From assembly GCA_963823665.1 (NCBI GenBank), contig CAWGMQ010000008.1:1216001-1280000 (forward strand): a stretch of 64,000 nucleotides of DNA. The letters run 5' to 3'. Position 1 is the first letter of the stretch. Each line of letters starts with the position of its first letter. Both the position numbers and the translations under genes were made by a program. Below the pieces are notes generated by a model. That model did no database searches. It saw nothing but the letters and a program-made list of their open reading frames with translations, and had not been told where the DNA came from. Source of the stretch: an uncultured Planctomycetota bacterium. GTDB taxonomy: Bacteria > Planctomycetota > Planctomycetia > Isosphaerales > Isosphaeraceae. Positions 32,179 through 42,676 of the stretch are shown in pieces.

Positions 32179-32760
32179 TCAGGCGACCGGACAGGCGAGG
32201 ATCTGGTGGATCGCCCCGGGGCGCCAAACGGCGCCCGTCTTGGTTTCAATGCCCAGCTCCTCGAGTTGCGAAACCATATCGCGGTACGTTTTGTCCTGCG
32301 CCTTCCATCGCTTCATGAAGTCGATCGCTCGTTGCTCGACCGGATCGGGAACGAGCGTCTTCCCGTCCGCGGCGAGGACGTATCCGAATCGGACGCGGCC
32401 GCATCGCTCGCCTCGGGCGATCTTCCCCTGCAGCGCGTTCGCGGGGCGGTACGCGGTTTCCCCCCGCTCCCATTGCGCGACGGTGATGATCATGTTGAGA
32501 ACCATCCGGCCCGACGGCGTGCGGGTGTCGATCGAGTCGTTGAGGCTGAAGAGACGTCTGCCCGCCTTGTCGCTGAAGAAACGCTGGATCAGATCGTCCC
32601 AATCCCGCAGTGACCTGGTCAGACGGTCAAGCTTCATGATCACCACGCCGTCGACCGTCCCGCGCTCGAGCTCGTCGATAACGACCCCGAGGGCCTCGCG
32701 GTCGAGCGTCTTCGCCGACACTCCCGCGTCCCGCTCGATCCGCGCCAGGGCAAGACGGTA
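32179..32760 (-). pseudogene. 5'-truncated serine recombinase (resolvase family)
   Basis: DAGVSAKTLDR, KLDRLTRS, IDTRTPSGRMVLN, GRVRFGY; catalytic YxRVS N-terminus missing at the duplicated-gene junction. Confidence 0.85.
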
Positions 32761-32889
32761 CGGTGGTCAAACTGCGAGATCGAGCGGTTGGTTCCTCAAT
32801 CGCGATCGCTGATGCCGGAGCTGTTGCTGCGCAACCTGACGGCGCAGCAGGTTGGGGATCTGCTCGAGTTTCTGGCGGGGCTGCGGTGA
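32746..32889 (+). repeat. Right copy of duplicated gene end (orphan 47 codons plus stop)
   Basis: QGKTVRWSNCEIERLVPQSRSLMPELLLRNLTAQQVGDLLEFLAGLR*. Confidence 0.9.
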
Positions 32890-33011
32890 ATTGGGGTAAG
32901 CCGTTGTTGTGGCATTTTTCGGCCTTGGGGTTCCAGTGCGAAGCTGGGCGGATGCCCAGGAACGCGGCGCGGCTCATTCAGACCGAGAGTTTCTCGCCAA
33001 AGAGGTCTTAC

Positions 33012-33350
33012 GTGACTAACTCATTGAAAACGAACAATGCTGCCTCAAGCGACGCGAACCCGCGTCTCAAAACGCAACTTAAGCTTCTGTGCAAGACTCG
33101 AGTCGACAAACTTCATGCCGTCACTTTTTTGCTTCAAGACCTTCTCAAGGGACAACCACAAGACGTGGAATGGGCATTAACTGACCCAGATGGGAAAGTC
33201 TATGCGTATATCACGCACGCTGGGGCTTGGCAGCGAAAGCGTCTGAACGCATCACGCGCGGCGGAACTCACGTCACGCGGTCGAGCCGCTATTGCATTCA
33301 GAAAGCAGAAGTCAAACTACAGTACGCGCGAGAAAAGGCAGACAATGTAG
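33012..33350 (+). CDS. Hypothetical protein
   Basis: GTG start after AAGAGG; lower GC; no recognised motif. Confidence 0.4.
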   Translation: MTNSLKTNNAASSDANPRLKTQLKLLCKTRVDKLHAVTFLLQDLLKGQPQDVEWALTDPDGKVYAYITHAGAWQRKRLNASRAAELTSRGRAAIAFRKQKSNYSTREKRQTM

Positions 33351-33375
33351 ACAAGTCGGGCGATCTCTGGATTGA

Positions 33376-33546
33376 CACGATGTCGTACATTGGGCAGTCT
33401 CGCGCGGGTTGGTGGATGGCGACTACCCGATTTACTATTACGCCCACGATTCTCGCCCGCCATCGATTCGGAAGCTTTCCGAGAACTTCGCGAACTGGCT
33501 CGGAGAGTTCTTGCTGTACACGGAGTTTGCTTCCGGCGACGAATGA
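33376..33546 (+). pseudogene. C-terminal fragment of SMI1/KNR4 (SUKH)-like immunity protein
   Basis: Manual translation DGDYPIYYYAHDSRPPSIRKLSENFANWLGEFL; in-frame stop upstream. Confidence 0.55.
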
Positions 33547-33740
33547 ATTCTTGCCAGCCGCAGGGCGTGCCCCCAACGCCTCAAGAACGTTGCCGGCGAG
33601 CCGCAGAATTACCCGGGGAACGTCTAATTGGCTTGCGGCCGAAGTCTCGCTTACCGCTTAACATTTCTGAAATTGTCGACGGCGACATGCCCAGCGTCCG
33701 GGCCAACTCGGCTTGACGTTTCCCTCTTGGGATACGGCCA

Positions 33741-34328
33741 TCATTTCTTGGTTGGGTTCATCGAATCGATGCGCTTCCCGCACGCGCAGTCGGCGATGAG
33801 CCGTTCGAGCCGCCGGAGCCGGGTTTCATCCTTCTTCGCGCTCATGACCCACCAGCCGACGACTTTCTGGTACCCGGGGGGCTGTGCTTTGAAGAACTGC
33901 CAGGCCGCGGGATTGGCCTTCAGTTTGTCTTCGTATTCACCGACGAGCTTCGCCCCTTGCTGCTCGTAGGAGTAGCGACGTGAGCGGTCTTCTGTTCGCT
34001 TTTTGAACGCCTCGAGGCCGGCGGGCTTCATCCGCTCAAGCTCGATCAGCTCGCCGGCACGCTTGATGTTGACGGCACTCCAGATGCTGCCGTTCTTGCG
34101 CCGGGTGAAGCGAATCGTGTAGCTGGTTTCATCCAGGTTCTTGCGAATACCGTCGATCCAGCCGACGCACAGCGCTTCATCGACTGATTCGGGCCAGGTG
34201 ATGCTGGCATGGCCGGAGCCTTTCTTGTGAAACCCTACCCACAGCTCCTGCGCGGTGCCGTGGTGTTTTAGAAGCCACTTGCGAAACTCGGCGGGCGTCT
34301 TGAAGAAGGTGACGTTTGACGCGATCAT
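33741..34328 (-). CDS. YdeI/OmpD-associated family protein
   Basis: FRKWL...ELWVGFHKK...EALCVGWIDG...SIWSAVN...SAKKDETRLRRL. Confidence 0.9.
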   Translation of the reverse strand: MIASNVTFFKTPAEFRKWLLKHHGTAQELWVGFHKKGSGHASITWPESVDEALCVGWIDGIRKNLDETSYTIRFTRRKNGSIWSAVNIKRAGELIELERMKPAGLEAFKKRTEDRSRRYSYEQQGAKLVGEYEDKLKANPAAWQFFKAQPPGYQKVVGWWVMSAKKDETRLRRLERLIADCACGKRIDSMNPTKK

Positions 34329-34342
34329 CGGCCTAGAGCCTC

Positions 34343-35641
34343 TCACGAGTCCACATTCCGAGGCCCGATTGCAAGCGCGTTCTGGATCGGAGTTATCTTG
34401 AGGATGAAGTGTCGAAAAACATAGAACGAGCAGCCGATGGCCACGGCGGCGACGGCGTTGATCGAGACCACGGCGGCGGCGGTGGCGAGGAACGCCATTG
34501 CATCCAGCCGGCGCATGCGGGGCAGTCGCCGCCAGGTGCTCCACTCCAGGAGCCCTAAGCCCACGTAGGCCGTCACGCCGGACAAGGCCGCCAGGGGGAT
34601 TCGCGCGATCAGGCTTGCGCCGAAGCCCGCCAGCATCAGCAGAAACACGGCATGCAGCAGGTTCGAGAGCCGGGTGGTTCCTCCGCAACGGAGGTTGGCC
34701 AGGCTACGAGCGGGAATGCCGACGGAGAGGGGTGCTCCGAAGACGCCGGCGCAGAGGTTGGCCATACCGTAGGCGCCCAGCTCGGCGTCGGCATCGGCAG
34801 CGCGGAGGGGTCTGTGCCGGCCTTGAAAGTGCTCGACAACACGTGACGTGATCAGGATGTTGATCGAAGCGACGAAGGCCAGGCCGAGTGCGGCGGGCAC
34901 GACCTGGGTGATGTCGGCGGGGCCCCACGTGAACTCGGCGAACGCGGGTAGAGACAGGGACACGGCCCCGAGCACCGTCTCGTGCCAGCCAAGCAGTCCT
35001 GCACCGGCGACGGCCAGCACAACGCCAAGCAAGGGTGCCGGCGAACGCGGCCAACGACGGGCGGCAACCACCGCACCGACGACGACCAGCAGGCCGAGCA
35101 CGAACGGCTGCGAACGCATCTGGGGGAGAATTCTCCCAACCTGCACCAGCTCGACCAGTGAGATTTCGGAGCGGCTGCCGCGCGGGGACGGCAAACCGAG
35201 GAGCGTGCGGAGTTGGAGAATCACCATCATCGCACCGACGCCACACGAGAATCCCGAGACGACCGCATGAGGCACCTTGGCCACGTAACGGCCGAGGCGC
35301 AGCATGCAGAAGATCATCATGAAGACCGCCGCCGCCAGACAGACCTTGGCGGCGCCGCCCGTGCCCTGAGAGGCGACGGCGGCGGTGATGAAGGGAACGG
35401 TGGCGCTGGCTGTTCCGCCGATCAAGACCGGATTGCGGCCGAGCAAGGACGTGACCGGCGCGGTGAGGATGGAGGTGAAGAGCCCCAGCTCGGGCGGAAG
35501 CCCCATCATCCGCGCCAGGGCCAAGCCGTACGGGAGCGCAACCAGCGCGGCGATCGCGCCGCCCATTGTGTCTCCTGCCAGATCGTGCCAGCCGTAGCCT
35601 TCACTGCGCGGCCGCGCCGGCCGCTTCGGCAGCTCAAACAT
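34343..35641 (-). CDS. SulP-family anion transporter (no obvious STAS domain)
   Basis: DLAGDTMGGAIAALVALPYGLA, GLPPELGL, VPHAVVSGF, ARSLANLRCGG. Confidence 0.88.
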   Translation of the reverse strand: MFELPKRPARPRSEGYGWHDLAGDTMGGAIAALVALPYGLALARMMGLPPELGLFTSILTAPVTSLLGRNPVLIGGTASATVPFITAAVASQGTGGAAKVCLAAAVFMMIFCMLRLGRYVAKVPHAVVSGFSCGVGAMMVILQLRTLLGLPSPRGSRSEISLVELVQVGRILPQMRSQPFVLGLLVVVGAVVAARRWPRSPAPLLGVVLAVAGAGLLGWHETVLGAVSLSLPAFAEFTWGPADITQVVPAALGLAFVASINILITSRVVEHFQGRHRPLRAADADAELGAYGMANLCAGVFGAPLSVGIPARSLANLRCGGTTRLSNLLHAVFLLMLAGFGASLIARIPLAALSGVTAYVGLGLLEWSTWRRLPRMRRLDAMAFLATAAAVVSINAVAAVAIGCSFYVFRHFILKITPIQNALAIGPRNVDS

Positions 35642-36790
35642 TCATCACATGCTCGAAGGCGGTCCGGAACTTCGCCATCTCTTCACGCGTGCCGATCGTG
35701 ACCCGGACATGTTGCGGCATCGACTGCCAGGTACGGCCGATGACGACCTTCTCCTTGAGCAGGGCCTGGAAAACCTGGCGGCCCGGCTTGCGCACGTCGA
35801 CCATGATCATGTTGGCTTCCGAGGGCAACACCGAGTAGCCTTTCTTGACGAGCCACCTCGCCGTCTCCTCACGGATGTCAGCGATCAGGTCCCGGCGCTC
35901 TTTGACCAGATTCTTGTCCTTGAGACTGGCGATGGCGCCGACCATGCCCGTGACCGGCAGCGCGCCGGCTCCATAGTTCCGCAGCTTGGCCAGCAAGTCC
36001 GGCCGGCCCAGAGCAGCGCCGGCACGCAGGCCGGCCATGCCGTAAATCTTGGAGAACGTCCGGAGGATGATCACAGTCCTTGCCGGCCGCGACCAGCGCG
36101 GAAGCCGGTTCGGCATTTTTCGAGAGGTGGATATAGGCCTCGTCTAGCAGCACGATCGTGTCTTTCGGCTTGTGCGCGACCAGGTATTCGATGTCTTCCT
36201 TGGAGGTGATCGAGCCGGTGGGATTGTTGGGGTTGCAGACGTAGATCAAGCCGGCTTCGGGGTCGGCCTGCGCCATGGCATTGACGTCGTGCGAGTAGTC
36301 TTTGCGCAGCGGGACCGAAATCGTCTTGGCTCCGACGAAGCGTGCAGCCCGCTCGCCCGCTTCGTAACCGGGATCGGCCGTGACATAGCTCTTGCCTGGC
36401 CCGGTGTAGGCCAGCACGGCGCGATGGAGGGGATCGCTCGACCCGGCGAACGGCATGACGTGACTCGCGCGGAATCCCTTCGACCTCGGCCATCGTCGCT
36501 GAGAATACGCCCGTCTCTTGATAAAGGTATCGGCCGCCCTGCGGGACGATTTTCTGAATGGCCTCGATCGCCGCGGGGCAGGGGCCCATCGGGTTTTCGT
36601 TGGCGTTGATCCGAACGGCGTCGGGAGGAAGATTCGGCAGGGCCGAAAGCCCCTGCGCCAGGGCTGCCTCGTTGTAAAAGGGCAGGGCCGCGCCCGCGGT
36701 CAAGAGGGCTGCCAGCTTGCCGAAATCGCGACGGCTGAATCCGCGGCGGATGAGATCTCGACGTGACTCGGGGCTGAAGGGTTCGTACAT
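35634..36790 (-). CDS. Tat-signal PLP aminotransferase class I/II (HisC-like); two frameshifts
   Basis: SRRDFGK, INANENPMGP, YVCNPNNPTG, LDEAY, RTFSKIYGMAGLRAG. Confidence 0.85.
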
Positions 36791-37141
36791 CGCTCCTCCT
36801 CCATCGTTGTGAGGGACTGCGCCGCACGCGATCGTCTGAGCGGGCTTGCGCGTCGAAGGTAAGTAATATAACAACGCCACCAAGAATCTGCTGACGAGCC
36901 GAACGCTCGGGAGAGAGGAGACACCCGAGTCACGATCCATCAGACTCACCCGCGCCGCCCTTGGCCGGCCTCCAGGCAGCGAACCATTATAGACCTGCGC
37001 ACATTCTGCGTAAACGGTGCAGTTGCGATCCAATTTGCGTCAGGATCGAATGACGAGGCGAGTGGAAGCGACGAACCGCCCGTGTCATGCTTGTGTGGGG
37101 AGCGGGCGGCACACGGAGTGTGCCTGCTGCGACGGATTCGA

Positions 37142-38113
37142 TTAGCCTACCCCGCAGGCGGCCCGGGCGCGGTCGAGGACTCTGCGGGCGGTCGACCGAG
37201 CTCGCACAGCCGCGGCAGCCCGAACTTCGGCGACGCGCTCGGGATGGGCGATCCAATCGGCGCGTTTTTCCCTCGCCTCGCTGAAGCGCGCGATCATTGC
37301 CTGGGCCAGGCGCGATTTCACCTCGCCGTAGCCGATGCCGCCCTGGCGGTATCGCCGCTCGACATCGGCGAGCTCATCACCCGAAGCAAACAGCCGGTAC
37401 AGGTTGAAGAGGGGGCAGGTGTCGGGGTTCTTGGGTGCCTCGACCGGCGTGCTGTCGGTGACGATTTTCTTTACCTTCTTGGTTATCGTTGCGGGCTCGT
37501 CGAAGATGTCGATCGTGTTGTTGTAGCTCTTGGACATCTTCTGGCCGTCCAGGCCGGGGACGACGGCGACGGCTTCGAGAATGTGCGGCTTGGGGAGCCG
37601 GAAGACGTCGCTCCCGGCGCCATAGACGCGGTTGAACCGCTCGGCGATGTCACGAGTGACTTCCAGATGCTGCTTCTGGTCCTGGCCCACGGGAACCAGG
37701 TCGGCGTCGTAGAGCAGGATATCGGCAGCCTGCAAGACGGGATACGCAAAGAGCCCATGCTCGGCAGAGAGGCCTTGCTGCACTTTATCTTTATAACTCA
37801 CGCATTTCTCTAGCCAACCCATGGGAGTGACCGTCGAGAGCAGCCATGCCAGCTCGGTTGTTTCGGGAACGTCCGACTGAACGAAGAGGGTTGCCCTGGC
37901 CGGGTCGAGGCCGAGCGCCAGCATCGAAACGAACACGTCATACACGTAAGACTGGAGCTGGCGGGCATCGCGGACACTCGTGAGCGCATGATAGTCGGCG
38001 ACGAAATAGTAGGCGTCGTTGCCGTCCTGGAGATCGATGAACTGCTTGAGCGCGCCGAAGTAGTTTCCGATGTGCAACGGGCCCGAAGGCTGGATTCCCG
38101 ATAGAATTCGCAT
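37142..38113 (-). CDS. trpS: Tryptophanyl-tRNA synthetase
   Basis: SGIQPSG-HIGN, YPVLQAADIL, VPVGQDQKQH, KMSKS. Confidence 0.97.
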   Translation of the reverse strand: MRILSGIQPSGPLHIGNYFGALKQFIDLQDGNDAYYFVADYHALTSVRDARQLQSYVYDVFVSMLALGLDPARATLFVQSDVPETTELAWLLSTVTPMGWLEKCVSYKDKVQQGLSAEHGLFAYPVLQAADILLYDADLVPVGQDQKQHLEVTRDIAERFNRVYGAGSDVFRLPKPHILEAVAVVPGLDGQKMSKSYNNTIDIFDEPATITKKVKKIVTDSTPVEAPKNPDTCPLFNLYRLFASGDELADVERRYRQGGIGYGEVKSRLAQAMIARFSEAREKRADWIAHPERVAEVRAAAAVRARSTARRVLDRARAACGVG

Positions 38114-38318
38114 GATCCACCAATTTGCGGGACGCGGGTCAAAACAACTTACCAGCTTATCACGGAATCGTCCAAGGCGCACGGATCGGAAGAATGGCTC
38201 AACACAGAGCGGCCGGCATTGGCAGGCGAATACGGCCGACGCTACCATCAAGCTGGTCCAACGGCTTGTCTGCCGGCGATCAGGGATCGTCACAACTTGT
38301 CTGACCACAGGCTTCACG

Positions 38319-38754
38319 ATGGCAGCGACCTTATTCGACGACCACGATGTTCGATTCGAATATCCTTCGGAATGGTCGATGGAGGTCACGGATAGCGATC
38401 CGCTGTTGACCATCAATCTGGAACACCCAGCGGGCATTGCGTTCGTCATCATCACGATCGATCGATCTTGTCCAGACCCGGGCGAAGTCGCGGACTCCAT
38501 TGTCGAAGCTCTGCGCGAGGAGTACGCCGACCTCGAGGATGATCCGTTCGAGGAGGTCGTCAACAAGCGACTGGTCTCCGGGCTACGACGTTCAGTTCTT
38601 CGCGCTTGACCTCCCGAACACAGCCCGCATCCGTTCTTTCTGCACGTTCACGCGCACGCTCACGATTTATGGGCAATGGTCGGATCTTGTCGAAGACGAG
38701 GCCTCGGATCTCGCCGAGACGATCATCCGCTCGGTTGAAGACAGCGAGGATTGA
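38319..38754 (+). CDS. Hypothetical protein (possible PsbP/DcrB-like fold); frameshift ~38580
   Basis: MAATLFDDHDVRFEYPSEW... continues in a second frame as GYDVQFFALDL. Confidence 0.65.
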
Positions 38755-38772
38755 ACACGCGGGTATCGTTGA

Positions 38773-39900
38773 TCATCCCGTGCCATCCGCCGCCTCTGAG
38801 CCGGCGGCTTCGGCGAGGATTCTTGCGATCTGGTCGAGCAGCACCTCGCCTCCCTTGTCGACGACGTCGATGTGTTTGGCGCCGGCGACATCGAACCAGT
38901 GCGGAGGCGATGGGAATGCTTCGGCCAGGCGGCGCGCTTCCCGCATCGGGACGATCGGGTCGTCCGTACCGTGAAGGATCAGGGTCCTACAGCCTACGCT
39001 CGAGGCAACTTCCACAGGGCCTGGTCGATCGATGCGCATGCCCGCAACCTTGCCCGCGCGGCGGATGATCTGCCGTGCCAGGAACATTGGAAACGGAATC
39101 CGGCGTCGGCGCAGGACGACCGCTGTCGCATCGACGATGTCCACCATCGGCGCTTCAAGCACGAGAGCGACGGCTCGCGGATCAAGAGACGCGGCCCGTA
39201 GCGCGATGGCCGCGCCCATCGAGCGGCCCCACAGGACGGGCTGGAATGAAACTCCCGGGGCGGTTCGCGCCAGGCGCGCCGCAAGCTCATCGAGCCACGT
39301 CTGGATATCATGCGCCTCGACGCCGCCGAACGTCGAGAAATGACCCTCACTCCGGCCGTGGCCGCGAGAATCGAGCGCCGCGACATTCCAGCCGTGGCGG
39401 TTCAAGGCGGCCGCCCGGGCTGCCTCGAGGGCGCGCGATGTTTCTGCGAACCCATGCAGCAAGAGGACGGTGCGCCCCGTCGAGGAAAGTCCGGTTGCCG
39501 GAAACCAGCGGCCCGCCAGGCGCGAACCGTCACCGGCTCTGGCCACGATTGCTTCGACATCACCGCAGGACTCTGCGTCTCCTGAGCTGCCTGTTGAGCT
39601 AGCCGCCAACGATCGGTACGGCATCACGAGCGCCCAGGCGCCGATCTCCGTCACCGCGAGGACCAGGCACGCGAACAGCCCCAGGATGAAGCCTGTCAGT
39701 CCCAGCAGGAGCTTCAGGCCGGCAGTGAGCGAGCTGGGGGGCGGCGTGTCGATGCCGCGCAATGCGGCAGACTGGGCGGGCACCACTTCGACGCGAGTAT
39801 CACCGGACCGAGATTTCGCACGCTGATCGTCGTTCTGGTCCAGGAATGCCGTTGCAATCACACCGTCGCGCGTCCAGGAAATGCGGATGGCGCCCTGCGC
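38773..39900 (-). CDS. Alpha/beta hydrolase, probably the C-terminal part of a ComEC fusion
   Basis: VLLLHGF, DSRGHGRSEG, GRSMG, ILHGTDDPIVP, GAKH. Confidence 0.85.
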   Translation of the reverse strand, partial: AQGAIRISWTRDGVIATAFLDQNDDQRAKSRSGDTRVEVVPAQSAALRGIDTPPPSSLTAGLKLLLGLTGFILGLFACLVLAVTEIGAWALVMPYRSLAASSTGSSGDAESCGDVEAIVARAGDGSRLAGRWFPATGLSSTGRTVLLLHGFAETSRALEAARAAALNRHGWNVAALDSRGHGRSEGHFSTFGGVEAHDIQTWLDELAARLARTAPGVSFQPVLWGRSMGAAIALRAASLDPRAVALVLEAPMVDIVDATAVVLRRRRIPFPMFLARQIIRRAGKVAGMRIDRPGPVEVASSVGCRTLILHGTDDPIVPMREARRLAEAFPSPPHWFDVAGAKHIDVVDKGGEVLLDQIARILAEAAGSEAADGTG

Positions 39901-42467
39901 CACGTCCTGAGAACTGGGTTTCCCATCCGTTCGACTGCGGCAAGCGGATCGTTGGCGGGCACGGAGGGAGGCCGCTGGCTGGCGATGACGATCCGTGGCC
40001 TCGCCCATTCGTACAGCCACTCCGGGTTGGCAGCCCTGCCGCCATGGTGGGGAGCGAGAATCGCCTCGGGCGGAGGGTCTGGCCGGGACTGCGCGACGAG
40101 CGCACCCAAGCCGGAGAGCTCGAGGTCGCCCGTCAAGAGAATGTGGCGTCCGGCGAAGGCGACGTCGAGCACGATGCTGCGGGCGTTGTCAGTTGACGCC
40201 GGATCCCAGCCCGACGGTGGATGCCGGACCGTGAACGAAACGCCGGCTCTTTGCCACGACTCGGGCGCGGTCACAGGCTGAATGGGAATCCCGCGGGACT
40301 TGATCTTTGCGAGCAGATCGTTGGCCGCAGGGTTGGCGTCACCGCCGAAGTGCGGCGTGATGCGCACCACGCCGATCGGGAAGCGGTCGAGGAGGTCAAG
40401 AAGGCCGTCGTAGTGATCCTGATCGGCGTGGCTCAGAAAGACGGCGTCGATCCGGCCCACGCCGCGTTTCCAGAGCGCGGGCGCGACGATTCTGCGGCCG
40501 ACGCTCGGGTCACCGAGGCGGCCGCAGTCGTAGAGATAGGCAGCGCCGTCCGGCGTGCGGATCAGAACTGCCAGGCCATGCCCGACCGCCAGAAACTCGG
40601 CTAGGGCGGTCGGGGCAGGGGGCGTGAGTGCAGCCGGAAACAGCCAGCCCGGTACGACCCAGACCGCCAGGAGCCACGCCGGGATGCTCCTCTGCCATCG
40701 TGGGAAAGTGAACCGCCCGAAGGAAAGGCCTCCCCTCCCGGCAAGAACGGCCAGAACCAACAGAATGTAGAAGATCAGCACCCAACCCCATGCCGGCCCG
40801 ACGACGAAACGGTGCCCCCACTTCTGGTCGACTCCCCAGAGAACACTGGCTTTCGTGGCATAGAGGAACCCGGCAGCGCACCAGGCCAGCGGTGCACCGA
40901 GCGGCCCCCAGATTGACGAAGCTGCAAGGCCGAGGCCGCCCAGGAGCAGGGCCGCGGTCGTGAAGGGAATCAAGGGCATGTTCAGGAGGATTCCGATCGG
41001 CGAGATCAGATGAAAGCGCATGGCCACGAGCGGGAGAGCCGCAACAAAGACCACGGCGGAAGCGACCAGGCTCTCGAGCATGAGCACTCCGGCGCGCTGT
41101 AGTGCCGCGCGCCACGCTGGGTCGAAGTCGCGCTCCAGCAGATCCAGCGGGGTGACGCGACCGAGTAAGCGGTCGCGCAGCTCACCGATGCCGGCGCGAA
41201 CCCGCGCGGCCGAGGGGGGCACGATCCAGATCAGGGTGCCGATCGCCAGGAAAGAAAGCTGGCAGCCCACGTCGAAAAGATAGGAGGGATTGACGGCCAG
41301 GGTGCCGATCGCAGCCAGGGCAAGCGTATTGGCCGGCCGATTCAACCGCTGTGAAATCGAGGCCAGGCAGAAGGCCGCCGTCATCACGGTTGCCCGCACG
41401 ACGGAGGGAGCCGGGCCGACCACGACGGCGTAGACAATCATCGAAATTGCAACGCTCACATACGCTGGCCGGCGAGCGACCCCTACCAATCGAAACACCG
41501 CCAACAAGGCGAATGCGAGTGCTTGCAACTGGAGACCTGAGATTGCGAGCAAGTGAGTCGTGCCGGTGCGCGCGAAGGCGTCGTTGACTTCGGGCTCGAT
41601 TCCCTCGCGCTGACCCAGCAGGAGTGCAGCGGCCAGCGGCGCGACCGAGGGATCGAGCCTGTCGAAGAGGCGGGCCCTCGTCCACGATCGAATTCGACCG
41701 AGCAATTCCCGCGGCCAGAGGCTCCTTCCGGCCGGCCTGCGCCAGAAGCTCTGCGGATCGGCGATCGTGAAACGAAGCCGGACGCCCTCGACTCGTTCGA
41801 ACGCACGATAGTCGAACTCGCCGGGATTCATGGGAGGTGGGATCAGGCCCAGAAGCCCCGCCGCCTCGATCGACTGGCCGGAAAGGATCTCGCTCCGGTC
41901 GCCCGTGACGATCGTGATGGCACGCCCGGAGGTCTTGTGCCACTGCCGGCCGTCGCTCAACTCGGTCAAGTCGAGCACGAACCGGGTCGAGACACGGGCC
42001 GCGGTCTGATCGCCGAAGCCGAATCCCTCGCTCGCTCGAACGCCGAGCGTGTCGCGCACGACGCCACGGACCCAGACCGGACGGGCGGCATCCGTGAGGC
42101 GAAGTGCGAGGTCGTCCGGGGCCAGGTCCGAATAGCGAGCGTGATGCCAGGCGCCACCCAGCGCGGCGACCGCTGCCAGAACCAGAGCGACACTGATCAA
42201 AGCCCTTCGAGCCAAGAATACAGCGATCGCCGCGAAGGCGAGCGCCACGCCGACCCACTTCTGGGTCCCCCAGGGCTCGAGGTATCGATCGAGGATGATT
42301 CCCGCCGCCATCGCTGCGATCACGGGCACACAAGGCGCGATCAGGAGACTCGGCGCAACTCCGCGGTTTCGGCTGGCGGCGGACTGGGGGCTCGAGTTCA
42401 CGAGCGGCGCGGCGGTGCGCTCGTGAAGCTGGGGAGACTGAGATCGAGCAACACCGGGCGCAGGCAC
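39858..42467 (-). CDS. comEC: ComEC/Rec2 competence protein with MBL domain
   Basis: NPGEFDY, TGTTHLLAISG, PSVVRA, GCQLSF, SHADQDH, LLTGD, PHHG. Confidence 0.92.
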   Translation of the reverse strand: MPAPGVARSQSPQLHERTAAPLVNSSPQSAASRNRGVAPSLLIAPCVPVIAAMAAGIILDRYLEPWGTQKWVGVALAFAAIAVFLARRALISVALVLAAVAALGGAWHHARYSDLAPDDLALRLTDAARPVWVRGVVRDTLGVRASEGFGFGDQTAARVSTRFVLDLTELSDGRQWHKTSGRAITIVTGDRSEILSGQSIEAAGLLGLIPPPMNPGEFDYRAFERVEGVRLRFTIADPQSFWRRPAGRSLWPRELLGRIRSWTRARLFDRLDPSVAPLAAALLLGQREGIEPEVNDAFARTGTTHLLAISGLQLQALAFALLAVFRLVGVARRPAYVSVAISMIVYAVVVGPAPSVVRATVMTAAFCLASISQRLNRPANTLALAAIGTLAVNPSYLFDVGCQLSFLAIGTLIWIVPPSAARVRAGIGELRDRLLGRVTPLDLLERDFDPAWRAALQRAGVLMLESLVASAVVFVAALPLVAMRFHLISPIGILLNMPLIPFTTAALLLGGLGLAASSIWGPLGAPLAWCAAGFLYATKASVLWGVDQKWGHRFVVGPAWGWVLIFYILLVLAVLAGRGGLSFGRFTFPRWQRSIPAWLLAVWVVPGWLFPAALTPPAPTALAEFLAVGHGLAVLIRTPDGAAYLYDCGRLGDPSVGRRIVAPALWKRGVGRIDAVFLSHADQDHYDGLLDLLDRFPIGVVRITPHFGGDANPAANDLLAKIKSRGIPIQPVTAPESWQRAGVSFTVRHPPSGWDPASTDNARSIVLDVAFAGRHILLTGDLELSGLGALVAQSRPDPPPEAILAPHHGGRAANPEWLYEWARPRIVIASQRPPSVPANDPLAAVERMGNPVLRTWRRAPSAFPGRATV

Positions 42468-42676
42468 GTGCGAGCTCCAGACGACGGTCGCTTCGCCAGA
42501 GAATCAAGCGAATATCAAGTTATCACTCCGGCGGGGTGATGAGATAGCACGCGCCGCGAACCGCATTCGAGGATTTTCTGCTGGACAGCGCGAGAACAAT
42601 CGCGGATTCTGAACGGTGCTTCGAGAATTGAAGCGCCAGGTTCAGTCGAGTGCCACGCCGGAGAGGGCCATTCGCC

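Larger units (their letters stand above)
2966..32745. mobile_element. Putative genomic island carrying CRISPR-Cas I-B
   Basis: Flanked by the duplicated gene end; recombinase remnant at the right junction; accessory and fragmented content. Confidence 0.7.
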
